NCBI GenBank assembly: GCA_964500505.1
Contig: CAZCNN010000001.1
Coordinates: forward strand, 66,621 to 130,620
Length of the DNA stretch: 64,000 nucleotides
Reading direction: 5' to 3'
DNA from: an uncultured Bdellovibrionales bacterium
Lineage (GTDB): Bacteria; Patescibacteriota; Minisyncoccia; Moranbacterales; UBA1568
In this document: positions 30,110-37,982 of the stretch, piece by piece
How the letters are laid out: the number at the start of each line of letters is the position of its first letter
Position numbering within the stretch: position 1 is the first letter of the stretch
Notes under the pieces: generated by a model
Seen by the model: the letters and a program-made list of their open reading frames with translations, nothing else
Told to the model about the DNA's origin: nothing
Databases searched by the model: none
Made by a program: the position numbers and the translations under genes

Positions 30110-31381
30110 TTGACCAAAAAATCAACCATGCCCAAGAGAAATACTTTCATTCAATCATTTTTTCTCGTCGCGCTTCTCTCTGGAGGCCTGGTTTCTACTT
30201 TTTTGGTTCGAGCGAGTGATAGTGTGACGACGCTCTCTGATGCTCAGCAAAAGGCACTAGAGGACAAGGAGGACGAGCTCGAGGAAATTGACGCCAAGAT
30301 CAAGGCATATAAACAAATCATTGATCTCAAGCAACGCCAGGGGGCTACACTCGCCGAACAAATCGAGGGGCTCCAGGCTCAGGTAGACAAGCTTGAACTC
30401 GAGATCAAAACAGCCACCAAACAAATCAATGAGCTGGAGGGACAGATTCGGGATTTGTCGCTCCGCGTCGCTGAGAAAAGTATTCTAATCGACCGTCAAA
30501 AGCGCATCCTCTCCGAGCTCATGCGCGTCTACTATAGCGAGTACTCGGGCGACAGTCAGCCGGTATTTTTGGCTTCGGCTGAGAGTCTCTTGTATTTCAA
30601 GAGCGAGGGCTGGACCGCAAGTATCAGCGACCGAGTGAGCGAGCTCCTGGATTCTGTCAAAACTCTCCGTGATAGCCTCACCAAAGAGCAGCAAGAAGTG
30701 AGTGAGAAAAAGGCAGAGGTAGATGCCCTCTACAAGGATCTTGCCGGTCGCAATGCCAATCTCGAGGCCACCAAAAAAAGTAAAGCAGCGCTCCTCGCCA
30801 AGACCCAAGCAGAAGAAACCAAGTATGATGGCCTCGTCGATGACCTCCAGAAACAGCGCGATGATATCGAGAATGAAATCAATGATTTGGAATCCGGGCT
30901 TTCGACGGATGGACTGCCGAGCTCATCGAAGAGTCTACTCGCGTATCCGGTGAAGAGTGTCAAGATAACCCAAGGGTACGGCAAGACGAGTTTTTCCAAG
31001 AAAGCCTACGCTTCGGGTAAACACAACGGTGTGGACTTTGGCGGTGCTTACGGCACAACAATATATGCTGCAGCCGATGGTAAGGTGGTCGGTATCGGAA
31101 ATCTCGGTAAATACGCCTACGGTCGTTGGATTGCTATCGACCACGACAACGGTATGATTACCCTCTATGGTCATTTGAGCTCTCAGAATGTCAGTAAAGG
31201 GGAAAAGGTCACGAAAGGGGAGTCAATTGGCAAGATGGGAAGTACCGGCTACTCCACTGGCAATCACCTCCATTTCACCGTTTTCTCAGAGAAATCCTAT
31301 GATGTCGTACCATCGAAGACCGTTAAGGGCCTCAATATCCCGATTGGTGCCACCGTCAATCCAATGAACTATCTTCCTTAG
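30110..31381 (+). CDS. M23 family metallopeptidase with N-terminal coiled coil (EnvC-like)
   Basis: HNGVDFGG...GSTGYSTGNHLHF. An alternative ATG start lies at 30128. Confidence 0.8.
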   Translation: MTKKSTMPKRNTFIQSFFLVALLSGGLVSTFLVRASDSVTTLSDAQQKALEDKEDELEEIDAKIKAYKQIIDLKQRQGATLAEQIEGLQAQVDKLELEIKTATKQINELEGQIRDLSLRVAEKSILIDRQKRILSELMRVYYSEYSGDSQPVFLASAESLLYFKSEGWTASISDRVSELLDSVKTLRDSLTKEQQEVSEKKAEVDALYKDLAGRNANLEATKKSKAALLAKTQAEETKYDGLVDDLQKQRDDIENEINDLESGLSTDGLPSSSKSLLAYPVKSVKITQGYGKTSFSKKAYASGKHNGVDFGGAYGTTIYAAADGKVVGIGNLGKYAYGRWIAIDHDNGMITLYGHLSSQNVSKGEKVTKGESIGKMGSTGYSTGNHLHFTVFSEKSYDVVPSKTVKGLNIPIGATVNPMNYLP

Positions 31382-31407
31382 CTGGTAAGGGATTCTTATA
31401 CCGTTCT

Positions 31408-32169
31408 ATGCTGAAATTTCCACGTCCTCACCGTGTCCGTTTTGCGCGAGATATCGTTGCCGAGGTCCTCTTCCCAGAGCGTCAGACTGGCAAAGTTGCT
31501 ATCCTCGCTATCGGTGCTCCATCGGGATCTTCCAAGAAAGAGAGGATTGAGTTTTTGGCATCTCGAGGCTATGTGGTTGTCTACCCACGTTATCGGGGGA
31601 CTTGGGAGAGCGATGGTTGGTTTCTCGAACATTCACCAGCTGACGATATTCGAGATATTATCGTCGAATTAGAAAACAAAAAATCTGTTACCAGTGTCAT
31701 GACTGGCGAAGTATTTCCGATTAGGGTTTCGGCGGTACATCTTTTTGGGGGCTCGTTTGGTGGTCCAGCCGTACTTCTGAATACCGATTTGCCGATTGTC
31801 AAAAAAGTGATTGCTCATTCCCCTGTCATTGATCGGAGTGTAGAAGGGGAGGACGAACCATTTGATGAGTTTGTACGGTATTCGTGCCAGGGCTTTGGTG
31901 GAGCGTATCGAACCAAGACACCATTAGACTGGCAGAAACTGACCAAGACTGATTTCTATAATCCTGTGGCCCACGTCGAAAAGATCGATGGCAGAAAAGT
32001 GTTCATTCTTCATGCCAAAGATGATACCAATGTACCAGTCGATCCTGTTGTACCATTCGCGAAAAAAATCGGAGCTACGTACTACCTCAAGCCTCATGGT
32101 GGTCACAGCATCAAGTTCGAACATCGGTTTCTGTGGAAGAAAGTTGAGGCCTTTCTCAAGAAACGCTAG
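31408..32169 (+). CDS. alpha/beta hydrolase (dienelactone hydrolase/S9-like)
   Basis: Nucleophile elbow GGSFGG. Asp and His lie downstream. Confidence 0.65.
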   Translation: MLKFPRPHRVRFARDIVAEVLFPERQTGKVAILAIGAPSGSSKKERIEFLASRGYVVVYPRYRGTWESDGWFLEHSPADDIRDIIVELENKKSVTSVMTGEVFPIRVSAVHLFGGSFGGPAVLLNTDLPIVKKVIAHSPVIDRSVEGEDEPFDEFVRYSCQGFGGAYRTKTPLDWQKLTKTDFYNPVAHVEKIDGRKVFILHAKDDTNVPVDPVVPFAKKIGATYYLKPHGGHSIKFEHRFLWKKVEAFLKKR

Positions 32170-32186
32170 CTACAAAAATTTGACGT

Positions 32187-32231
32187 GAGACTCCCCTGGC
32201 GATTTTTTTAAAAGAGGGGAGTGTTTTTTTT
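32187..32231 (+). terminator. rho-independent terminator
   Basis: gagactcccct...aggggagtg followed by tttttttt. Confidence 0.75.
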
Positions 32232-32298
32232 GAAATATGAAGTATGACATATGAAGCATGAGTCTGAATTCATGGTCAGAAAAATTCATACTTCATAA
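32229..32298. repeat. inverted pair of the CTTCATACTTCATA motif (tatgaagtatga ... tcatacttcata)
   Basis: 12-bp perfect inverted repeats 44 bp apart. They are related to the 19-mer at 12716 and 34592. Confidence 0.5.
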
Positions 32299-32567
32299 CT
32301 CATATCCCAGTATTCATACCGTTCTAGGGTGATATAGATGTACACCTCTGTAGATTCAAATGCCTCACAATCGATTATACGCATTCGTTTATTCATAAAA
32401 ATGAAAAGCGTGAGTGGAGTACGATGATTGCACGCGGTCCCAGATTATACCTCTCCGGCCTTTCCATACGTAATGTCCTATAAGTTACATTGCGGGACGT
32501 TATGAAAATATCAAGAAAACTCACCCTTCAAGGAAAATGACTCGCATGGAACGCAATTCGATAACGA

Positions 32568-33206
32568 TTACTCAGTATTTTTAACAGGGTTTTGGTAGGA
32601 TGGGATCAAGATTATGATCTCAACAAATTGTTCAACGGTAATAAGTTTTATATTTGTCGGAATGTTCTTTGCCTTCCTTTGGTTAAAAAGCGCAACGTCC
32701 CCTGCTGTAAGATTTTTAGAAGTTAAAACGAGATAGAATAATTCTCTAATATGCGAGTACTTCTTGAGTTTTATATAAACGTTTGTGTCAAGGTTATGGT
32801 AGGTCTCGGTTGAGAATACATCTACTGCGAAATTCTTCACTGGATTAAATACATAGAAATCTGCTCTTAGTTTTCTGTATTTATCAATTGGCTTTTCTAA
32901 ATGAACAAATGGCTCATGGAACCTTTCAAAAAGAATATCTCTCAACGCGTCTTCACTCACCTTTGAGCGCTTATTTGAGGCTATACCGATTTCAGATCGA
33001 TACTTTCCTTTTGAAAAGTCAGTTTCGCTGTAACCAAGAAGTTTTCGCAATTCGGGCAATCCACCAAATAATCGATTCAACTGTCGTGATGAGGGAAGAT
33101 CGGGGCAAATATCAATTTCTGGTCCAGTGGGTAATCTTCCATTTTCAACTTCAAATTTTTTGAACCCAGCCTGCACTTTTTCTAAAGTCCATTTTCTTTT
33201 TGGCAT
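32568..33206 (-). CDS. AT-rich orphan hypothetical protein (212 aa from MPKRKW)
   Basis: GC is about 35%, against about 52% genome-wide. No recognisable motif. The ORF-track N-terminal extension to 33374 is unlikely. Confidence 0.5.
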   Translation of the reverse strand: MPKRKWTLEKVQAGFKKFEVENGRLPTGPEIDICPDLPSSRQLNRLFGGLPELRKLLGYSETDFSKGKYRSEIGIASNKRSKVSEDALRDILFERFHEPFVHLEKPIDKYRKLRADFYVFNPVKNFAVDVFSTETYHNLDTNVYIKLKKYSHIRELFYLVLTSKNLTAGDVALFNQRKAKNIPTNIKLITVEQFVEIIILIPSYQNPVKNTE

Positions 33207-33305
33207 ATTAATAAGTTTACTACTATTACAGTATAACATACATTTCAAATAAGCACGAGTTTCCCCAATTGAAAAAGCTCCGTACTCACGGAGCTTGACG
33301 TGCAT

Positions 33306-33422
33306 TTGATTCTTTAGCGGAAGGTGCGAAGGATCAAGAGGACAAGGATGACGACTACGGCGAGGCCGACACAACCACAGCCACGGCGGCGACGCATACC
33401 ACCGAACCTGTTACCAAATCCG
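33306..33422 (-). CDS. possible 38-aa micro-protein (Gly/Arg-rich N-terminus, hydrophobic C-terminus)
   Basis: MFVGFGNRFGGMRRRRGCGCVGLAVVVILVLLILRTFR. Not in the ORF track because it is under 60 aa. Confidence 0.2.
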
Positions 33423-33539
33423 ACAAACATAATAGCGAGATTAGCGAATTACAAGCTCCTCTAGCATAGCACACATTGGAGTAGTTTTTGGTAAGAAAAA
33501 ACCGGTCGGCACGCGATGCGTACCTTCCGGTGGCCGGTT

Positions 33540-34451
33540 CTACTCAATAGCGTCAAGGTTGATATCGAGCGCTGTGTGGAGCACCGACTTGGTCGAGATG
33601 CAGACGGTATTGCCGCCTTTCCTTTTGGCGCGGTACATGGCCTCATCGGCTAGGCTCATCAGCCTGCTCAGAGTCACTGCGATATCGGACTCCGGCTCAA
33701 TGCTGCCATCCATGATGCCGATGGAAGCCGTTACCTGTGGCTTGCCTTCGATGAGTTGGAAGCGCCCATCCTGAGACATCTGCATGAGGAGCCGCTGTGC
33801 GCGTTCGCTGGCAAATGATGCATTCGCATTGAACACCGCTAGCACGAATTCATCTCCACCTCGTCGACCAATGAGGTCCGTTCCCCGAGGGAAGCACTCG
33901 CGAACGAGTTGGGCAAAGGCACGCAGCACGCGATCGCCACCGTCGTGTCCCTCGCTATCGTTGTAGATCTTGAAACCATCAAGGTCCACGTAGAGGACTG
34001 AGACATCCGCAGTCGACTGAGGGTATGACGCTCGGAGCTGGTTCTGTGCCTCGACGAGAAAGAACTCCTCGAATCCAGAACGACTCAGAAGACCCGTCAA
34101 CGGGTCCCTCGTTGAGCGTTCTTCTGCCAGCTGCAAGGCCTCCGCAAGAGACGCTACCTGAGGCCGGAGACGCTTGATTTCCTGCTGTGCCTGATCGAGC
34201 TCGCTGATCAGTCCTTCGAAGGTGTGTGTGCCAGTCTCCGTGGCCGCAGCCTCGTTGTGCCTCATGGCTTCAATGCCCGCAAGGAGCGCCTTATTCGCTT
34301 CCTCTAGCTTGCTGAGCTTATCTTCCAGAGCTTTCTCCGTCATCGCGTGTCGCTCCTCCGCTCTTGTGGCAGCGACACGGGCAATCCAGAGGATGACGGT
34401 CAGAATCAGGACAAGGACGCCGAGAAGCATGCTGACGACAAAGTAATTCAT
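33540..34451 (-). CDS. membrane-anchored GGDEF diguanylate cyclase
   Basis: TM helix, coiled coil, then RDPLTGL...YVDLDGFK...RRGGDEF. SD aagggga. Confidence 0.8.
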   Translation of the reverse strand: MNYFVVSMLLGVLVLILTVILWIARVAATRAEERHAMTEKALEDKLSKLEEANKALLAGIEAMRHNEAAATETGTHTFEGLISELDQAQQEIKRLRPQVASLAEALQLAEERSTRDPLTGLLSRSGFEEFFLVEAQNQLRASYPQSTADVSVLYVDLDGFKIYNDSEGHDGGDRVLRAFAQLVRECFPRGTDLIGRRGGDEFVLAVFNANASFASERAQRLLMQMSQDGRFQLIEGKPQVTASIGIMDGSIEPESDIAVTLSRLMSLADEAMYRAKRKGGNTVCISTKSVLHTALDINLDAIE

Positions 34452-34591
34452 GGATGGTCCCCTTTTTGGGCGTTGGGTTGGTGGGTTGGGTTGGAAAAGG
34501 ACAACGTTTTATTCTGGCATGGAATTGATGCTTTGTCAAGGTTACGCGACCAGAATTTCTTGATAAGATAAAGGTAGTTTTTGCCTCATGA

Positions 34592-34610
34592 TTCCTGCTT
34601 CATACTTCAT
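34592..34610 (+). promoter_or_regulatory. 19-bp conserved upstream motif TTCCTGCTTCATACTTCAT (copy 2, 15 nt before the nuclease ATG)
   Basis: Identical to the reverse complement of 12716-12734. Confidence 0.5.
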
Positions 34611-34625
34611 AATTCCTCTTCAAAT

Positions 34626-35783
34626 ATGCGTATCTCCTATTCGAGTGTCGGCACGTACCAAACCTGTCCACTCAAGTACAAGTATCAGCACGTCGACCGA
34701 ATCCCAGAGCCCAAGAGCAAGGAGGCCGTTTTTGGGACACTCGTTCATGCGGTCATGAAGTACGTTCACACCCCTGCCCTACTCGCACCCACAGTCGAGC
34801 AAGCCCTCGACTACTTCGCCAAGGGTTGGAACAGCGAAGTCTACGAGGACGAGCTCGAGGAGCGAGCGGCATTCTCACAGGGTGTCACTATCATCCAGGA
34901 CTATCTCTCGCGCAACAAACCGAGTGACTACACGATTGTTGACCTCGAAAGTCGGTTCGCTATTGAAATTGGTGATGAAGTCTCGGGCAAGCATATCGTC
35001 TCGGGAATCATCGACCGGATCGACCGGACCAAGGATGGTTATGAAATCATCGATTACAAAACGACACGCAAGATGCCGAGTCAGGACAAAGTCGACAATG
35101 ACCTCCAGCTTTCTATCTACCTCAAGGCCTTTCTCGCTCGCTATCCCAAAGAAGTAGCCAATCTCGATAAAATAACCGTCAGTCTCTACTATTTGAAGCA
35201 CGGCGTCAAGCTCTCAAGTACTCGAACTCGAGAACAGCTCGACCGCGTGGATGAGACGTTCCTCAGCGTGATCAAGTCGATCGAAGAGGCCAAATTTGAA
35301 CCCATTCTCTCGCCTCTCTGTGACTGGTGTGGGTATCAGAAAATTTGTCCTTTGTGGAAGCACAAGTTCGCTGAGACACGCCGAGTCGAGACTGAGGATG
35401 TGAAACAGGCCATCGCAGAATACCTCGATCTCAAGGGAAAGCTCTCAGAAGAAAAACTCCGTCTCGGTAAACTCCAGACTCTGATCCTCGACTATATGGA
35501 GCAAGAAGGAGTCGATCGCGTCTTTGACGAACAGGGCATCATCGGCAAGTCAATGCGCAAGACCTACAAGTACGATGCCGAGAAGCTCCGTGCCGTCTTC
35601 GAACCACTCGACAAGTGGGAATCAGTACTCAAAGTTGATAGTATCGCCCTTCGCACCATCCTCGCTACCCTCCCCTCCTCGACCCAAGATGAGGTCGAAA
35701 AGGCCAAGGTGCTCGATAAAGAAAGTACCAGTTTGACGGTCAAGAAAAACAAAATAGAGGTCGATGACGAGCTCAGCCTCTAG
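34626..35783 (+). CDS. PD-(D/E)xK nuclease with Cas4/AddB-type Fe-S Cys cluster (RecB-family exonuclease)
   Basis: Start at MRISYSS. D...EIIDYK core. Cys pattern C(24)...CDWCGYQKIC (C-x2-C-x5-C). Confidence 0.75.
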   Translation: MRISYSSVGTYQTCPLKYKYQHVDRIPEPKSKEAVFGTLVHAVMKYVHTPALLAPTVEQALDYFAKGWNSEVYEDELEERAAFSQGVTIIQDYLSRNKPSDYTIVDLESRFAIEIGDEVSGKHIVSGIIDRIDRTKDGYEIIDYKTTRKMPSQDKVDNDLQLSIYLKAFLARYPKEVANLDKITVSLYYLKHGVKLSSTRTREQLDRVDETFLSVIKSIEEAKFEPILSPLCDWCGYQKICPLWKHKFAETRRVETEDVKQAIAEYLDLKGKLSEEKLRLGKLQTLILDYMEQEGVDRVFDEQGIIGKSMRKTYKYDAEKLRAVFEPLDKWESVLKVDSIALRTILATLPSSTQDEVEKAKVLDKESTSLTVKKNKIEVDDELSL

Positions 35784-35800
35784 CTTCTTTCGTTTCAATA

Positions 35801-36232
35801 TTATTCACCGGATTCGAGTGTACTCCCATCGTCCGGACAAGGGGCAAATTGGCACTCAGGGCCGACTTTGCCGACGAAACTGCCATCAGGGCAGGTTTTG
35901 ACTTCTTGGGTGCAAACAAACGATTCTTTGCCCTTGGTTTTGGTGGTGGGAGACGGGACTTCGAGCGGTGCATCGATGATACCCCGACGGTTGGGCAACC
36001 CCTGAGGACACGGAGCAAACTGACAGTACGGACCACTGCGACCGACGGCACTCCCGTCTGGACACATCATAGCTTCCTCTGTGCAAGCAATACCGAGATC
36101 GTTCCCCTGACGAGTGAAGTCTACATACGACAAAACGAAAGCCCCCAGGAGAAAAACAAAGAGTATCAAGATCGAGAACAACATCGTGTCGGGATGGAGC
36201 GTGTGATGCCACTTGGTGTGTTTGTGTTTCAT
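35801..36232 (-). CDS. secreted/membrane-anchored Cys-rich protein with two tandem CPDGS-x-VG-x-GP-x-CQFAPCP repeats
   Basis: Start at MKHKHTKW (36232). TM helix, then two ~50-aa repeats carrying 4 Cys each. Confidence 0.55.
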   Translation of the reverse strand: MKHKHTKWHHTLHPDTMLFSILILFVFLLGAFVLSYVDFTRQGNDLGIACTEEAMMCPDGSAVGRSGPYCQFAPCPQGLPNRRGIIDAPLEVPSPTTKTKGKESFVCTQEVKTCPDGSFVGKVGPECQFAPCPDDGSTLESGE

Positions 36233-36317
36233 GACTGTAGTATATATCGGAGTGAAGTGCGTGTAAATAAAAAAGAGGCGCCCGTCGATGCGGTGCGCCT
36301 GTGGTTGTGTGCGGCGC

Positions 36318-36788
36318 TTAGGCCGGCACGGCGTCGTTGAGCGAGTGGAGCTCGCCGACGGGCTTGCGACGGAGGGCAACGCAATGTGCCACCAGTCGGT
36401 CCAGTGCCTCGGTGTCGCCGGCGGCTTCCATAGCTCGCCTGAGCACATCAGGCACGCACTCCGGGTCCCGGAGGACTGACTGCAACCAGGTAGTGACGTC
36501 GACCTCAGGGATTACGCTCCGGTCTGCTTCCTCGAGAACGATTTCGAGGTAAGCATTGAGGCCCGTACTCGAGCCGGCCCATACGAGACAGTTGTTCGGA
36601 TCCATGCGACCGCAAACGGCACGACCGAGAGTGAGCAGCCCCTCCTGAGCCTTTGGCGCCAGTGGCGCACCAGGCTCTGATAGACGCACATCGCTCCACG
36701 GCACCAGCACCATCTCCGAGCAGTGCTTCTGACTGCCGGGCGGGCAGTCACCGCACGGACCAGTGCATGCAATACGAAAGACTTTCAT
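36318..36788 (-). CDS. GC-rich Cys-rich hypothetical protein (CTGPCGDCPPG...HC)
   Basis: Start at MKVFRIA, with SD aggaga 4 nt upstream. GC is about 62%. Confidence 0.5.
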   Translation of the reverse strand: MKVFRIACTGPCGDCPPGSQKHCSEMVLVPWSDVRLSEPGAPLAPKAQEGLLTLGRAVCGRMDPNNCLVWAGSSTGLNAYLEIVLEEADRSVIPEVDVTTWLQSVLRDPECVPDVLRRAMEAAGDTEALDRLVAHCVALRRKPVGELHSLNDAVPA

Positions 36789-36926
36789 GGTTTCTCCTAG
36801 AAGGGAGGGTGGGAATATTGCGCCCCCATTATACCTCCAATTCGCCATTTGGCAGGGTCAACAAAAAAGCCCCTCTGAGGGATTTTGGTTATATGTTGTG
36901 AACATCGGACAATGATGGAGATTATT

Positions 36927-37553
36927 CTACTCAAAAATCAAAGCATCGCCATCTTTTAGAGTTTTATAAGGAATCTTGTTTTCAATGCAATACTGTACTT
37001 CTTTGCTAATGTCAGCTGATTCAGGATGGTCAGAATCAAAGTGTGGTAAGAATGCGTAATCAATCATACCGAGCCCCTCCCAAATCGTTTCTTTTTGACC
37101 AGAATACGGAAGATCTGTTGGATCATCAACGATAGCATATCCCCTCAAAGATGGAGAGAGCACACATCCCGCGGCGCTATAGCCAGCGTAAACAAAATCT
37201 TTTTGAGTTTTATTATACTCTCGCAATATAGTATCGAGCCCACTAAGTCTCATCGCTTGGCGGAGTATAAAAGTATTTCCCCCGCTTATAAAGATTCCTC
37301 CTAAGCTCTGCAGTTTTTCTTTGAGTCTATCTTCTTTATCGAAGAAATTTTTCAAATCAAGGACCTCTGCTTGAAGTCCAACATCAGCCAGACTCTGCAT
37401 ATCACTTGCTACATGCATTTCGCGTCTTTTCGGATCAGCTCCGGTAAAGTCCAAGGCATTCGGTATATATCCTACACTTTTATTTTCTGAAAACAATGCT
37501 AAAAGCGATTCTGGATGATTACCAATTTTATATGATGACAGATAGAATATCAT
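36927..37553 (-). CDS. peptidase S51 (dipeptidase E-like)
   Basis: FISGGNTFIL motif. AT-rich. Confidence 0.65.
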   Translation of the reverse strand: MIFYLSSYKIGNHPESLLALFSENKSVGYIPNALDFTGADPKRREMHVASDMQSLADVGLQAEVLDLKNFFDKEDRLKEKLQSLGGIFISGGNTFILRQAMRLSGLDTILREYNKTQKDFVYAGYSAAGCVLSPSLRGYAIVDDPTDLPYSGQKETIWEGLGMIDYAFLPHFDSDHPESADISKEVQYCIENKIPYKTLKDGDALIFE

Positions 37554-37560
37554 ATGTTGT

Positions 37561-37584
37561 GCTGGGGAGGAAGGGAAATCGAAC
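37561..37584 (-). other. 24-bp degenerate direct repeat of the tRNA-Gln 3' end (att-like scar or decayed tandem tRNA)
   Basis: gctggggaggaagggaAatcgaac matches gctggggaggaagggatcgaac at 37758-37779. No T-stem or cloverleaf can be formed. Confidence 0.5.
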
Positions 37585-37759
37585 TGCTCTCCGCTGGCTG
37601 GCGGATGCGCTCTATAGGGCTTCCGCCCTCTAGTCCGGCAGGCCGGTCACCTCGTACTGGGAACTCCCGTTCCCCGACCCCCTCCCGTTCGATCCCTTTA
37701 CCTCTTCAAGATAAAAGAAAATCACCATACCCACAAGGGGCATGATGATTTTTCTTAGC

Positions 37760-37830
37760 TGGGGAGGAAGGGATCGAACCTTCGCATGGTGGGACCAGAA
37801 CCCACTGCCTTACCGCTTGGCTACTCCCCA
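37760..37830 (-). tRNA. tRNA-Gln (anticodon CTG)
   Basis: Manual cloverleaf: UGGGGAG acceptor, D-loop GCCAAGCGGUAAGGC, anticodon loop UUCUGGU, T-loop GGTTCGATCC. Confidence 0.8.
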
Positions 37831-37982
37831 AAGTATTAGAGAACAATCAACAAATATCAGTCAACAAAAAACACCACTTTTAAGTGTTTTCATATACTAG
37901 CCGAAATGCCATTTTTTTTCAACCCCCGCTTTTAAAGCAAGATATTTCTTTGCTGTTTGATAACTGCTGACGGTCCTCTGCC

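Noticed and set aside
37585-37757. Possible second full tRNA between the tRNA-Gln 3' repeat and tRNA-Gln (T-loop-like GTTCGATCC at 37689-37697, hairpin at 37660-37675)
   Set aside because: I could not assemble an acceptor stem, D-arm or anticodon arm in either orientation. It is reported only as a fragment/hairpin region pending tRNAscan.
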